DNA of 64,000 nt from a bacterium (GTDB taxonomy: Bacteria > Omnitrophota > Gorgyraeia > Zapsychrales > Zapsychraceae), in contig JAUIER010000004.1 in NCBI GenBank assembly GCA_030429765.1, forward strand, positions 33,131 to 97,130. Reading direction: 5' to 3'. The notes beneath the pieces are model-generated. The model was not told where the DNA came from, did not search any database, and was given only the letters and a program-made list of their open reading frames with translations. Positions 36,170 to 45,537 of the stretch are shown here, piece by piece (positions within the stretch are counted from its first letter, which is position 1; every line of letters starts with the position of its first letter). The translations under genes and the position numbers were made by a program.

Positions 36170-38650
36170 TTAAATGCCATGCTGCTTGATCCAGTCCAAG
36201 CGCTCATTGGCAAATTTCATTTCACTGGCCTTGGTGTCGATGACTTTTTGATAGGCGTTCGTGGCCTGCGCCCAGTCCTCGCTATCTTCAAATATCCGCG
36301 CCACCCTAAGGTAGGCCTTAACCACGACGTCCTGATCATCTGAATACAGATACGGAATCTTCATGTATTCATCGACGGCCTTTTCCGGCTCATTGAGCAA
36401 CTGATAGGTGTCGGCAATCTTAAACTGAATCTCCGAATCCTTGTACAAACTGTCCGACATCTGGGCATTGATGGCCAGACGCAGCGTCTCTATCGCTTGC
36501 GTGTATTCTTTGTTCTGTCGCTGCACGTCAGCAATTTTGACATAGGCGTCGCGCTTAAAGGCCGGTGAATTCTCAATGATATTATTGTATGTCTTAATCG
36601 CGGCCGCAGGATCCATTTCCTGGGAAAAAATATCCGCGATCGCCAGCCGCGCCTTAACGAAGATATCGCGACCGTCTTTCTCCGTGATCCTATTCAATGT
36701 CTGAATCGCTTCATCATAACGGTTCAGCGCCGACAAAGACTGAGCCAACTCGTAACGCACCAAAGGCAGGCTCTCGCTGCCCGGAAACGTCCGGATGAAC
36801 GTCCGATAATAGTCCACGGCCTTGGCGTAGGACCCATCCTCCAAATAGTGATCACCCAGCCATATCATCGCCTCCTGGGCCTCCGGCGTTTGGGGATATT
36901 TGATGATGATATTACTAAACTTTGAAATCGCCTCAGCCGTCGATTTATTTTCATACAGGCTCTTGGCGATTCCCATCTCCGCCGTCTTCACAATCTCTTT
37001 CTGAAGTGGATAATTTTTGATAATCCGTCGAAATGTCTGGATCGCGGCATCGTATTCCTTGAGATTAAACTGTGACAATCCTAGAATATAAACAGCCTCT
37101 GACATCAGCTCGTTCTGCGGACCGATCCCTTTCAGAAAATCCTCGATTTGATTCTTGGCCATTGTCCAATTATTTTTCTTGAAATACGCGATCGCGAGGT
37201 AGTAATTGACATCCGACAGATACTTGCTGGTCGGAAAATTCGTTCTCAAACTCTGAAACGACAAGGTGGCCGCCTCGATCCGTTCCATCTTCAGCAACGC
37301 AATTCCCTGACGGTACTGCACATAGTCCGTGTACTGACTCTCCGGATACTCACCGAGAATCTCGTCGTAGATGATCACCGATTTTTCCAGCTCCCCGATG
37401 TCCTGATAGGCGTCACCGATCTGCGTCATCGCGCTGATCTTAACGGTTTTCTTATCCGCCCGCTGTTTGATCTCTTCAAAACTCTGGATCGACGCCTTGA
37501 AGTTATCGTTCTTTAAATAGGCCCAGGCCAACCCAAAGTAAGCCTTCTCATGCAGCTCTGAAAACAAACGACGTTCCTTCAATCGCTCAATCAAAAGTTT
37601 ATAGTTGTCAATGGCCTTGGCATACTGTTCGCGCTTATAGTGAATGTTGGCGATACCCAGATAGCTTTCGTTAACACGCGGACTTTTCGGAAAATTGGCA
37701 ATCAGCTGCTCATAGGCCTCTAGCGCTTTGTCATATTCCTCCATCTGCGTATACAGTGTAGCCTGCCCCAGAAAGACATCGTCTGATAAAATCCCTTTTT
37801 CCTTGGCAAACGCCAGCGCTGAATCAAAACTATCGCCGGCCAGTTTATACTTCTCGAGTTTGAGATAGCTCCACCCCATACTCACCTTGGCCATAAGAAT
37901 GACTTTGCTTTCGTAGGAAATTTCGGCGGTCTTGGCGTAGTAGGTCACCGCCGTCAAAGGATCGTCGAGATAGTAATGTGATTCCGCGATGTAGAAGTAC
38001 GCCTCAGCCTTTTTCGTTGTCCGCGGAAACTTATCCAGATAATCCAAGAAGTATGTGATCGTTTCCGAATAATTCTGAAGGTTGTACTCGATCTCACCCA
38101 GCTTGAACGCCGAATCGGATGTTAATTGATGTTCGGGAAATTTTTGTTTGAGTTCAAGGAATGTCTTTCGGGCCTCTTTATACTGCCCCTCTTCAAATTG
38201 CACCCATCCGTAAGAATAATATGCCTGCGGCGTGTAGACCGATTGCGGATACAGCTCAATGAGTTGAAGATAGTGTTTCTTGGCCTGCTTGTAGTCCGTT
38301 CCCTTGAGATAAGTTTCACCAAGCCAATACAGCGTCGCGTCCTTGTACTCGGAATGCGCCATTAAACCGTTAAAAACTTCGTAGGCTTTGAGGTATTGCC
38401 CTTTAAAGAAGTAACATCGCCCCAAAAGCAATTCGACCTGAATTCGTTTCTGCGTCTCAGGAAACTGCTCGAGCAATTGGTTGACATAGCGAATCGCGAC
38501 GTCATAAAAGCCGTCTTCGAAGGCCTTTTGCGCCACCAGAAACATCTCGCTATCACTGTTCTGCGCCGCGGCCGGTGTCGCGGTCATCAGCGGGACAAAT
38601 ATCGCAAGCAAGAGTAAAAATCGGGTAAACATACGTGTGAGGGTGTTCAT
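36170..38650 (-). CDS. large secreted tetratricopeptide-repeat protein (CpoB/BamD-like repeats)
   Basis: Signal peptide ending PAAA|Q; many TPR units with YPxS/FPxS turns and A-x-Y-x-x-G helices over about 800 aa. Confidence 0.9.
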   Translation of the reverse strand: MNTLTRMFTRFLLLLAIFVPLMTATPAAAQNSDSEMFLVAQKAFEDGFYDVAIRYVNQLLEQFPETQKRIQVELLLGRCYFFKGQYLKAYEVFNGLMAHSEYKDATLYWLGETYLKGTDYKQAKKHYLQLIELYPQSVYTPQAYYSYGWVQFEEGQYKEARKTFLELKQKFPEHQLTSDSAFKLGEIEYNLQNYSETITYFLDYLDKFPRTTKKAEAYFYIAESHYYLDDPLTAVTYYAKTAEISYESKVILMAKVSMGWSYLKLEKYKLAGDSFDSALAFAKEKGILSDDVFLGQATLYTQMEEYDKALEAYEQLIANFPKSPRVNESYLGIANIHYKREQYAKAIDNYKLLIERLKERRLFSELHEKAYFGLAWAYLKNDNFKASIQSFEEIKQRADKKTVKISAMTQIGDAYQDIGELEKSVIIYDEILGEYPESQYTDYVQYRQGIALLKMERIEAATLSFQSLRTNFPTSKYLSDVNYYLAIAYFKKNNWTMAKNQIEDFLKGIGPQNELMSEAVYILGLSQFNLKEYDAAIQTFRRIIKNYPLQKEIVKTAEMGIAKSLYENKSTAEAISKFSNIIIKYPQTPEAQEAMIWLGDHYLEDGSYAKAVDYYRTFIRTFPGSESLPLVRYELAQSLSALNRYDEAIQTLNRITEKDGRDIFVKARLAIADIFSQEMDPAAAIKTYNNIIENSPAFKRDAYVKIADVQRQNKEYTQAIETLRLAINAQMSDSLYKDSEIQFKIADTYQLLNEPEKAVDEYMKIPYLYSDDQDVVVKAYLRVARIFEDSEDWAQATNAYQKVIDTKASEMKFANERLDWIKQHGI

Positions 38651-38657
38651 GCGGGCT

Positions 38658-38685
38658 ATTATATCAGCTTTTGGGGGCTTTTCAA
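38658..38685 (-). promoter_or_regulatory. sigma70 promoter of the TPR-exbBD operon, probably leaderless
   Basis: TTGAAA-16 bp-TATAAT with TG extension, 7 nt before the ATG. Confidence 0.65.
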
Positions 38686-38795
38686 TTTTGTATCAGCGAT
38701 TCCTGAGAGTCCTCGTAAGATTTGTTCTCAGAGGCATTTAAGAAACAGTATTTGGAAATCCGTGACGATATGATTGGAGCTAGCGACACTGTCAC

Positions 38796-41585
38796 TTACT
38801 CGCACAGCAACGGTTTGAGATATTTGGCCGTGTGGGACGTCGGATGATCAACCAATTCCTCAGGCGTTCCGGCGAAGACGATCTCTCCGCCCTTGTCGCC
38901 GCCGTCCGGTCCGAGATCAATTACATAGTCGGCGTTCTTGACAATATCCAGGTTGTGTTCAATCACCAGAATGGTGTTACCCTTATCCACCAGACGCTGC
39001 AGCACCTTGAGAAGCTTATCGACGTCGGCAAAGTGAAGCCCGGTCGTCGGCTCATCCAGAATGTAAAGCGTGTTGCCTGTCGACTGCTTTCGAAGCTCAC
39101 TGGCCAACTTAACCCGCTGAGCCTCACCTCCGGACAATGTTGTCGCTTGTTGACCCAATCGGACATATCCCAACCCGACATCGTTCAACGTTTCCAACAC
39201 CCGGCGGATCTTGGGGACGTTCTCAAACAATTGAATCCCATCGGTAACGGACAAATTCAACACGTCACAAATCGAATGCCCCTTGAACTGAATCTCGAGC
39301 GTTTGTTCATTAAACCGCCGTCCCTTACAGACTTCACATTCCACGTAAACGTCGGGCAGAAAATGCATTTCGATTTTCCGTATACCATCCCCCTGACACG
39401 CCTCACACCGGCCGCCCTTTACGTTAAAACTGAACCGCCCAGGCTTATAACCGCGCATCTTGGCCTCGGGCAGCTGACAAAACAATTGACGAATATGCGA
39501 AAACACACCGGTGTAGGTCGCCGGGTTCGAGCGCGGCGTCCGACCGATGGGCGACTGATCCACCTCGATCACCTTGTCAATCAGATTTACCCCGGTGATC
39601 GATTTATGCCGCCCGGGTTTTTCCTTGCTCTGATAGATCGTCTTGGCCAATGACTTAAACAGGATCTCATTTACGAGGCTCGACTTACCGGAACCTGACA
39701 CACCGGTCACGCATGTCAATGTGCCCAACGGGATCGCCACATCAACATTCTTCAAATTGTTTTCACTGGCCTGCTTGATCCGGATCTGGCGCTTGGTATT
39801 CACCGGCCTTCGCTGGTCAGGCACAGGAATCTTCAACTGACCCGTCAGATACTTTCCGGTCAGTGATATTTTGGATTTAAGGATGCCGGATGTACGTCCG
39901 GCATAGGTGATCTCGCCACCGTACTCACCCGCCCCCGGCCCGAGATCGATGATGTAATCGGACTTTCGGATGGTCTCCTCGTCATGCTCAACAACGATTA
40001 AGGTATTGCCGATATCCCGCAGAGAATGCAGTGTCGCCAACAAACGCTGATTGTCTTTTTGGTGCAGCCCAATACTTGGCTCATCGAGAATATAGATCAC
40101 ACCGGTCAGACCGGAACCTACCTGGGTGGCCAATCGAATACGTTCCGCCTCTCCGCCCGACAAGGTGGAGCTCATCCGATCGAGCGTCAGGTAATCCAGC
40201 CCGACGTTGATACAAAAATCCAGACGCCGATTGATCTCCTTGGTGATCAATTGACTGATCTGCGTGTCTTCTTTATTGAGCTGAATCGTCTTGAAAAACT
40301 TCTTGGCGTCCTTGATCGAAAACTGATTGATCTGCGCGATATTCAGTCCATTGACTTTAAAACACAAGGCCTCGGGCTTGAGCCTCATCCCGTGACAATC
40401 CGGACACGGAAGCACCGACATAAAACGCGACAGCTCATCCTTGAGCCAGTCGCTATCCGTGTTTTTAAACATCCGCTCCAAATACGGAACCACACCCTCA
40501 TACTTTTTGCCCCACACGGTGTCATTGTTTCCGTAAAAAATAATCTTCCGGAAAGATTTCTTGAGCTTTTTATAAGATTCGTAGGGATCGATATCGTATA
40601 ACGACGCCATCTCCCGCATGACCGCTCGAAAATACATCAGATAGTGACTGCGTCCCCGATTACGCGGCGCGATGGCATTGATCCAGGGTTTATCGGGATC
40701 CGGAACAAGCAGCTCCGGATCAATCTCCATACGCGTCCCCAATCCGTTACATGATGGACACGCCCCGAACGGAGAATTGAATGAAAATAAACGCGGCGTG
40801 ACTTCGTCGATATTAAAACCGCTTTCGCTGGAATATCGTTCGCTGAAACTTTTCTCGAATTGCTCCTCGTTGAAATAAACCGTCACTGTCCGGTCACCGA
40901 CCTCAAGCGCGGTCTCGACTGAGTCGGTCAGACGCTTCTTAATACCTGGCTTGATCTTCAGTCGGTCAACAACCACCTCGATTGTATGCAACTTGTACTT
41001 ATCGAGCTTTACCTCTTCCGACACGTCTTGAATCTGACCGTCCACCCGAATGCGGGCGAATCCGGCCTTGGCGACATCCTTATTAATCGTACGGTATTCA
41101 CCTTTTTTACCACGGATCAACGGCGCCAGGATAATCACACGACTGCCCTCCGGTGACTGCAAGATCTGATCGACAATTTCCTGGGCCGATTGTTTCTCGA
41201 TCGGCTTGCCGGTCTTGGGATCGTGCGGCACTCCGATCGAAGCGAACAGCAGACGAAGATAGTCGCTGATTTCCGTTTGGGTAGCCACCGTGGAGCGGGG
41301 ATTCCGGCTGGTGGTCTTCTGCTCGATTGAAATCGTCGGCGACAGGCCTTCAATGGACTCGACGTCCGGCTTCTGCAGCTGGTCCAAAAACTGCCGGGCA
41401 TACGCCGACAAGCTCTCGACATAACGCCGTTGCCCCTCCGCATAAATCGTGTCAAAAGCCAAAGACGATTTACCGGAACCGCTGAGCCCCGTCACAACCA
41501 CGAACTTATCCCGGGGAATCTTGAGGTCCAGCCCTTTGAGATTATGCTCCCGGGCCTGACGAATTGTGATGTAATTAGATTTCAT
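38796..41585 (-). CDS. uvrA: excinuclease ABC subunit A
   Basis: [47 protein letters not shown], zinc fingers; ATG 41585. Confidence 0.99.
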   Translation of the reverse strand: MKSNYITIRQAREHNLKGLDLKIPRDKFVVVTGLSGSGKSSLAFDTIYAEGQRRYVESLSAYARQFLDQLQKPDVESIEGLSPTISIEQKTTSRNPRSTVATQTEISDYLRLLFASIGVPHDPKTGKPIEKQSAQEIVDQILQSPEGSRVIILAPLIRGKKGEYRTINKDVAKAGFARIRVDGQIQDVSEEVKLDKYKLHTIEVVVDRLKIKPGIKKRLTDSVETALEVGDRTVTVYFNEEQFEKSFSERYSSESGFNIDEVTPRLFSFNSPFGACPSCNGLGTRMEIDPELLVPDPDKPWINAIAPRNRGRSHYLMYFRAVMREMASLYDIDPYESYKKLKKSFRKIIFYGNNDTVWGKKYEGVVPYLERMFKNTDSDWLKDELSRFMSVLPCPDCHGMRLKPEALCFKVNGLNIAQINQFSIKDAKKFFKTIQLNKEDTQISQLITKEINRRLDFCINVGLDYLTLDRMSSTLSGGEAERIRLATQVGSGLTGVIYILDEPSIGLHQKDNQRLLATLHSLRDIGNTLIVVEHDEETIRKSDYIIDLGPGAGEYGGEITYAGRTSGILKSKISLTGKYLTGQLKIPVPDQRRPVNTKRQIRIKQASENNLKNVDVAIPLGTLTCVTGVSGSGKSSLVNEILFKSLAKTIYQSKEKPGRHKSITGVNLIDKVIEVDQSPIGRTPRSNPATYTGVFSHIRQLFCQLPEAKMRGYKPGRFSFNVKGGRCEACQGDGIRKIEMHFLPDVYVECEVCKGRRFNEQTLEIQFKGHSICDVLNLSVTDGIQLFENVPKIRRVLETLNDVGLGYVRLGQQATTLSGGEAQRVKLASELRKQSTGNTLYILDEPTTGLHFADVDKLLKVLQRLVDKGNTILVIEHNLDIVKNADYVIDLGPDGGDKGGEIVFAGTPEELVDHPTSHTAKYLKPLLCE

Positions 41586-41614
41586 GAAATGAGTGATTTT
41601 CGGGCAAAAATCAC

Positions 41615-41643
41615 ATATTAGATCAGGTTGGACCAACCGTCAA
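41615..41643 (-). promoter_or_regulatory. sigma70 promoter of uvrA
   Basis: TTGACG-17 bp-TAATAT. Confidence 0.6.
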
Positions 41644-41648
41644 CCAAT

Positions 41649-41691
41649 AAAAAAACAACCCCTGTTGATACATTTAACAAGGGTTGTTTTT
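41649..41691 (-). terminator. intrinsic terminator after the histone-like gene
   Basis: AAAAACAACCC...GGGTTGTTTTT inverted repeat with A/T tracts on both sides. Confidence 0.8.
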
Positions 41692-41710
41692 CTATGAAAA
41701 CCGCTCGCCG

Positions 41711-42217
41711 CTATCGACGTCGAGTTGATTTCTTTTTGGTCGTCTTCTTCGCAGTTTTGCGCTTAGCTGTTTTCTTTTTAGCGGCTTTTTTCTTTGTCGC
41801 TTTTTTCTTCACAGCTTTCTTTTTAGTCGCCTTCTTTTTCGTTGCTTTTTTCTTGGCAACTTTACGCGTCGCTGCTTTTCTCTTAGTTGTCTTCTTCTTA
41901 GCTGCTTTCTTCTTTGTTGCTTTTTTCTTTGTTGCTTTCTTCTTAGCTGCTTTGCGTTTTACGGTCTTTTTCTTTTTGGCTTTGCGTTTTGTTCCCCCGC
42001 GAACCATCTTAGCGCTAGAGATGTCCCCGTTCTTATCTATGAAGTACAGATATCCAGGTTTTTTCTTAACGCCTACCTTAGCGACTTTTTTAGGCTTACC
42101 ACCCTTTTTGCTTCCGCGCGCCATTTTTGCGCAGGAAATGTCGCCGTTTTTGTCAACAAAGTAAAGGTATCCCTTTTCTTTTTTGACGCCTACTTTTGCA
42201 ACCTTCTGAGTAGCCAT
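41711..42217 (-). CDS. histone H1-like basic protein with duplicated N-terminal domain
   Basis: Two near-identical 31-aa units followed by a KKKAT/KKKAA pentapeptide tail; purine-rich SD; own terminator. Confidence 0.85.
   Translation of the reverse strand: MATQKVAKVGVKKEKGYLYFVDKNGDISCAKMARGSKKGGKPKKVAKVGVKKKPGYLYFIDKNGDISSAKMVRGGTKRKAKKKKTVKRKAAKKKATKKKATKKKAAKKKTTKRKAATRKVAKKKATKKKATKKKAVKKKATKKKAAKKKTAKRKTAKKTTKKKSTRRR
41720..41995. repeat. imperfect 15-bp coding repeats (KKKAT/KKKAA)
   Basis: Recurrent TTGCTTTTTTCTT/TAGCTGCTTTCTTCTT units within the histone-like gene. Confidence 0.8.
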
Positions 42218-42241
42218 ATCTTCACCCCCTTTCCTAAATTA

Positions 42242-43069
42242 TTAAGTTCCGATGAGAATTCCGGTACAATATTGCTTCAACGTCTGTAAACCGGAAAGCA
42301 CTGCCAGATAGCTGGTTTTGGGATTATCCGGACACACCACATTTTCGGTGCGTGTCACGATTCTTCCAAATTCGCCATCCAGTTCAATCTCGTGTATGTT
42401 TCTTTTATATGCTGGTGAAACAATAATTTTTATATGAAGCTTCTGAGGGATTTGGCTGGCCAGGGCAATCGTAGCCGCCACATTGATATTTTGAGGAAAG
42501 TACTTCACCGCGTCATTAACCGAACCTGAAAAGATTGTCGTCTCTTTTTTGATCTTGCTCATGACAATCCCCATTTTATCCAGATAGTCGTTACCCTGAA
42601 ATCCGCTGATTGGTTTGCGCGTGGTCAACGTGATCTTTTTGGTCTTGACCAAACTCGCCGCCTTGATGGCGTCGACGCCCGCAATCGCGCCCGACGGAAG
42701 AAGGATATAGCACTTGTTTTTCTTGGCCAACTTGAATAGCTTGGAGGCCTTCAGCAGCTTGCCGACGCTCATCGCCAGAACACTCTTTTTGGCGCGGATG
42801 GCCTGTTCGATGATTTCTGTGGTGTTGGGAGAATTGACTGCTTCTACCACACAGTCACTGGAATGGATTAGAGAATCAAGGGAACGTTTGCGAACCCCTT
42901 TGAGCTTCAGACGCTGAGATAATTTGTCGACTTTGTTCCGGTCAACATCGAATAGCCCGCTGACCTTGCAGTCTTTTTTGAGGTCTTTCGTAATACTTTC
43001 AGCCATACGAGACCCAATTGCTCCGCACCCAATAATTCCCACCTTGACTTTATAATTGGGCGATTTCAT
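42242..43069 (-). CDS. nadX: L-aspartate dehydrogenase
   Basis: GIIGCGAIG, PSGAIAGVD, TTRKP, FPQNINVAAT, NPKTSYLA. Confidence 0.93.
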   Translation of the reverse strand: MKSPNYKVKVGIIGCGAIGSRMAESITKDLKKDCKVSGLFDVDRNKVDKLSQRLKLKGVRKRSLDSLIHSSDCVVEAVNSPNTTEIIEQAIRAKKSVLAMSVGKLLKASKLFKLAKKNKCYILLPSGAIAGVDAIKAASLVKTKKITLTTRKPISGFQGNDYLDKMGIVMSKIKKETTIFSGSVNDAVKYFPQNINVAATIALASQIPQKLHIKIIVSPAYKRNIHEIELDGEFGRIVTRTENVVCPDNPKTSYLAVLSGLQTLKQYCTGILIGT

Positions 43070-43917
43070 TTGGCCTGGACCAGAATATTGTCAATTAATC
43101 TGGCAGTGTTGAATTTCACAGCGAGAGCAATCAGAATATTTCCTTTTAAGTGTTTTACCGGATTTAGTGTTTCAGTTTCCACGCATTCAATATAATCAAT
43201 TTTGGAGTCGGTGTGTTGACTAATATGTTGTTCGATCAGCTTCCTGATCTTTTGACTGCTTGTAACTCCTGACTTGACCGCTTGTCGCGCTTTTTTGAGC
43301 GCTTCATAAATCGCCGGCGCTTGTCGACGCTGATCGGACGTCAGATACTGATTGCGTGAACTCAAAGCCAGACCGTCTTTGGCTCGCACGGTCGGGCATA
43401 TTTTTATTTTAGTGGCGAAATTAAGGTCTTTCACCATTCGCTTGAGGACGAAGGCCTGCTGCGCATCTTTCTGCCCCAAGTACATAATGTCCGGTAATAC
43501 CAAATTAATGAGCTTCACGACGATTGTTGTCACGCCCCGAAAATGCGTCGGTCTGGACCGTCCGCATAAGTTCCGGGTTAACTCAGCCACTTCAACACTT
43601 GTCAAAAATGGCGTCGGATACATCATATCCGTCGTCGGTAAAAAAATTATATCAACATTTTCTTCCTTTGCCAACAAAATGTCAGTTTTTTTATCTCGAG
43701 GATAGGCTGAAAAATCTTCTTTTTTGGGATCAAATTGGGAGGGATTAACAAAAATACTTAAGACGACAATATCATTTTCTCGTCGAGCTTTTCTAATCAG
43801 CGACAAATGACCTTCATGCAAGGCCCCCATGGTAGGGACAAAACCAATCGTCTTACCTTTTCGGATCAGCTGCCGAATTTCTTTTTGTAGGACAGCGGGA
43901 CTTTTAATTTGGCGCAT
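43066..43917 (-). CDS. panC: pantoate--beta-alanine ligase
   Basis: GFVPTMGALHEGH, SIFVNPSQF, GQKDAQQ, DGLALSSRN, RLIDN; ATG 43917. Confidence 0.97.
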   Translation of the reverse strand: MRQIKSPAVLQKEIRQLIRKGKTIGFVPTMGALHEGHLSLIRKARRENDIVVLSIFVNPSQFDPKKEDFSAYPRDKKTDILLAKEENVDIIFLPTTDMMYPTPFLTSVEVAELTRNLCGRSRPTHFRGVTTIVVKLINLVLPDIMYLGQKDAQQAFVLKRMVKDLNFATKIKICPTVRAKDGLALSSRNQYLTSDQRRQAPAIYEALKKARQAVKSGVTSSQKIRKLIEQHISQHTDSKIDYIECVETETLNPVKHLKGNILIALAVKFNTARLIDNILVQAK

Positions 43918-44341
43918 AAATCTGCTCGATCTCGTCGATTGATAACAAATCACTCAAGGGTCTCATCACGAAGGGCCGCTCAAACATCCGTGGATGCGGG
44001 ATCTGTAAATCCCGGCTATTCATTACAATATCATCATACATTAAAATATCAAGATCAATCACCCGCGGTCCGTTCCGTACGGTCCGTACGCGGCCCATGC
44101 CGGATTCAATTCGTTGTAGTCGGGATAATAGCTGACGCGGTGAGAGATCGGTTTTGATATGCACAACACCGTTTAGAAAATCAGGCTGGGGTGGTCCTCC
44201 GACGGGATCTGTTTCGATGATGGAGGAGACATCGACGACACGGGTCCCCCCGGACGGATCGTCCAGGAGACCCAGCGCGATTTCGAGATTGAGATGCCGG
44301 TCACCCAAATTGGTGCCGATCCCAAGAAAAGCATTATTCAA
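43904..44341 (-). CDS. folK: 2-amino-4-hydroxy-6-hydroxymethyldihydropteridine diphosphokinase
   Basis: LGIGTNLGDR, QPDFLN, GPRVIDLDIL, IPHPRMFERPFV. Confidence 0.96.
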   Translation of the reverse strand: MNNAFLGIGTNLGDRHLNLEIALGLLDDPSGGTRVVDVSSIIETDPVGGPPQPDFLNGVVHIKTDLSPRQLLSRLQRIESGMGRVRTVRNGPRVIDLDILMYDDIVMNSRDLQIPHPRMFERPFVMRPLSDLLSIDEIEQIYAPN

Positions 44342-45520
44342 CTACAGGACCTTCGCCAAACGATCGACTGCCTCTTCAAGACGGGATCGCTCAACCGTTA
44401 AGGCCATGCGGATGAAGCCTTCGCCTCCGGCACCGAACCCGTTGCCCGGCGTGGCGACGATATTGGCCTGATCCAAGAAGGTCTTGGCGCAATCCATCGA
44501 CGACGAGAATCCTTTGGGAAGCCTCGCCCAGACATAGAAGGCCGCTTTCGGCGGCAGTACGTCCCAACCCAAGCCGTTCAAACCTTGAACCAGACAATCG
44601 CGCCGGTCCTGATAGAGATCCCGCATCGCCTGCGTCACCGACGGGTTACTTTGTAACGCCGCTATACCCGCCACCTGAATCGCCGAAAAAATCCCTGAAT
44701 CATAGTTGGACTTAACTTTACCCAGCGCCGCGATCAATGTCGGATGACCGCAGGCCCAGCCGATTCTCCAACCGGTCATGTAATAGGTTTTGGATAATGA
44801 GTGAAACTCGATCGCCACGTCCTTGGCCCCGTCGATCTCAAAAATACTCAGCGGCTTTTGTCCGTCGAAATACACCTCCGAATAAGCCATATCTGAGAGA
44901 ATGATCATTCCGTTTTCACGGGCGATTTTGACCAAACCTTCATAAAACTCCCGTGTGGCCACAGCGGCCGTCGGGTTATTCGGGTAATTGATAACGATCA
45001 TCTTGGCATCACCATGCTTGGCGATGTCATTCAAATCCGGCAGCCAATTGTTTTCAGCCGTTAACGGCACATCTACAATGTTCCCGCCGGCAAACTGAAT
45101 CGTCGGACGGTAAGCCGGATAGGCCGGATCGGTCAGCAAGACCTTATCACCTGGATTAATGACCCCCAATGGAAAATGGGCAATCCCCTCTTTGGACCCG
45201 ATCAACGGATAAATTTCTGTGTCAGGGTTCAGATCAGCGGCAAACCGGATCTTGAACCATGCGCTGATTTCCTTACGCAGCGCCGGCATCCCGGCGTCCA
45301 GCGCATAATGATGATTATCTCCGTCATCCAACGCGACCTTCATCGCCTCAATGATATGTGTGGGCGTTGCATAATCGGGATCCCCGATGCCGAGATTGAT
45401 GACGTCACGCCCCTCGGCGATCGCCGCGCGTTTGGCTTTGTCAATTTCCACAAATAAATACGGCGGCAACTTTTTTAATCGATCGGCAAATTCCAGGTTC
45501 AGATTGGCTTGTGTGCTCAT
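44342..45520 (-). CDS. dapL: LL-diaminopimelate aminotransferase (class I PLP)
   Basis: LPPYLF, NLGIGDPD, GSKEGI, NYPNNPT, EFHSLSKTYYMTGWRIG; follows dapF-dapA-dapB. Confidence 0.88.
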   Translation of the reverse strand: MSTQANLNLEFADRLKKLPPYLFVEIDKAKRAAIAEGRDVINLGIGDPDYATPTHIIEAMKVALDDGDNHHYALDAGMPALRKEISAWFKIRFAADLNPDTEIYPLIGSKEGIAHFPLGVINPGDKVLLTDPAYPAYRPTIQFAGGNIVDVPLTAENNWLPDLNDIAKHGDAKMIVINYPNNPTAAVATREFYEGLVKIARENGMIILSDMAYSEVYFDGQKPLSIFEIDGAKDVAIEFHSLSKTYYMTGWRIGWACGHPTLIAALGKVKSNYDSGIFSAIQVAGIAALQSNPSVTQAMRDLYQDRRDCLVQGLNGLGWDVLPPKAAFYVWARLPKGFSSSMDCAKTFLDQANIVATPGNGFGAGGEGFIRMALTVERSRLEEAVDRLAKVL

Positions 45521-45537
45521 ATGACAGCTTGTCCTTT

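Noticed and set aside
21433-38650. Pilus locus as a horizontally acquired island or mobile element
   Set aside because: No integrase, transposase, tRNA or flanking direct repeats seen; composition looks like the surrounding core genes and rsmE is embedded in it
38832-40601. Long plus-strand ORFs (273 and 191 aa) opposite uvrA, and similar ORFs opposite mfd, pilO and argG
   Set aside because: Antisense open frames of conserved genes with no recognisable motifs
41720-41995. Short periodic repeats as a possible CRISPR array or VNTR
   Set aside because: 15-bp in-frame degenerate coding repeats with no spacers and no cas genes
41628-42164. 178-aa plus-strand Phe/Ala/Val-rich ORF resembling a membrane protein
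   Set aside because: Antisense shadow of the Lys-rich gene: AAA/AAG codons read as Phe/Leu on the other strand. The SD and terminator support the minus-strand gene.
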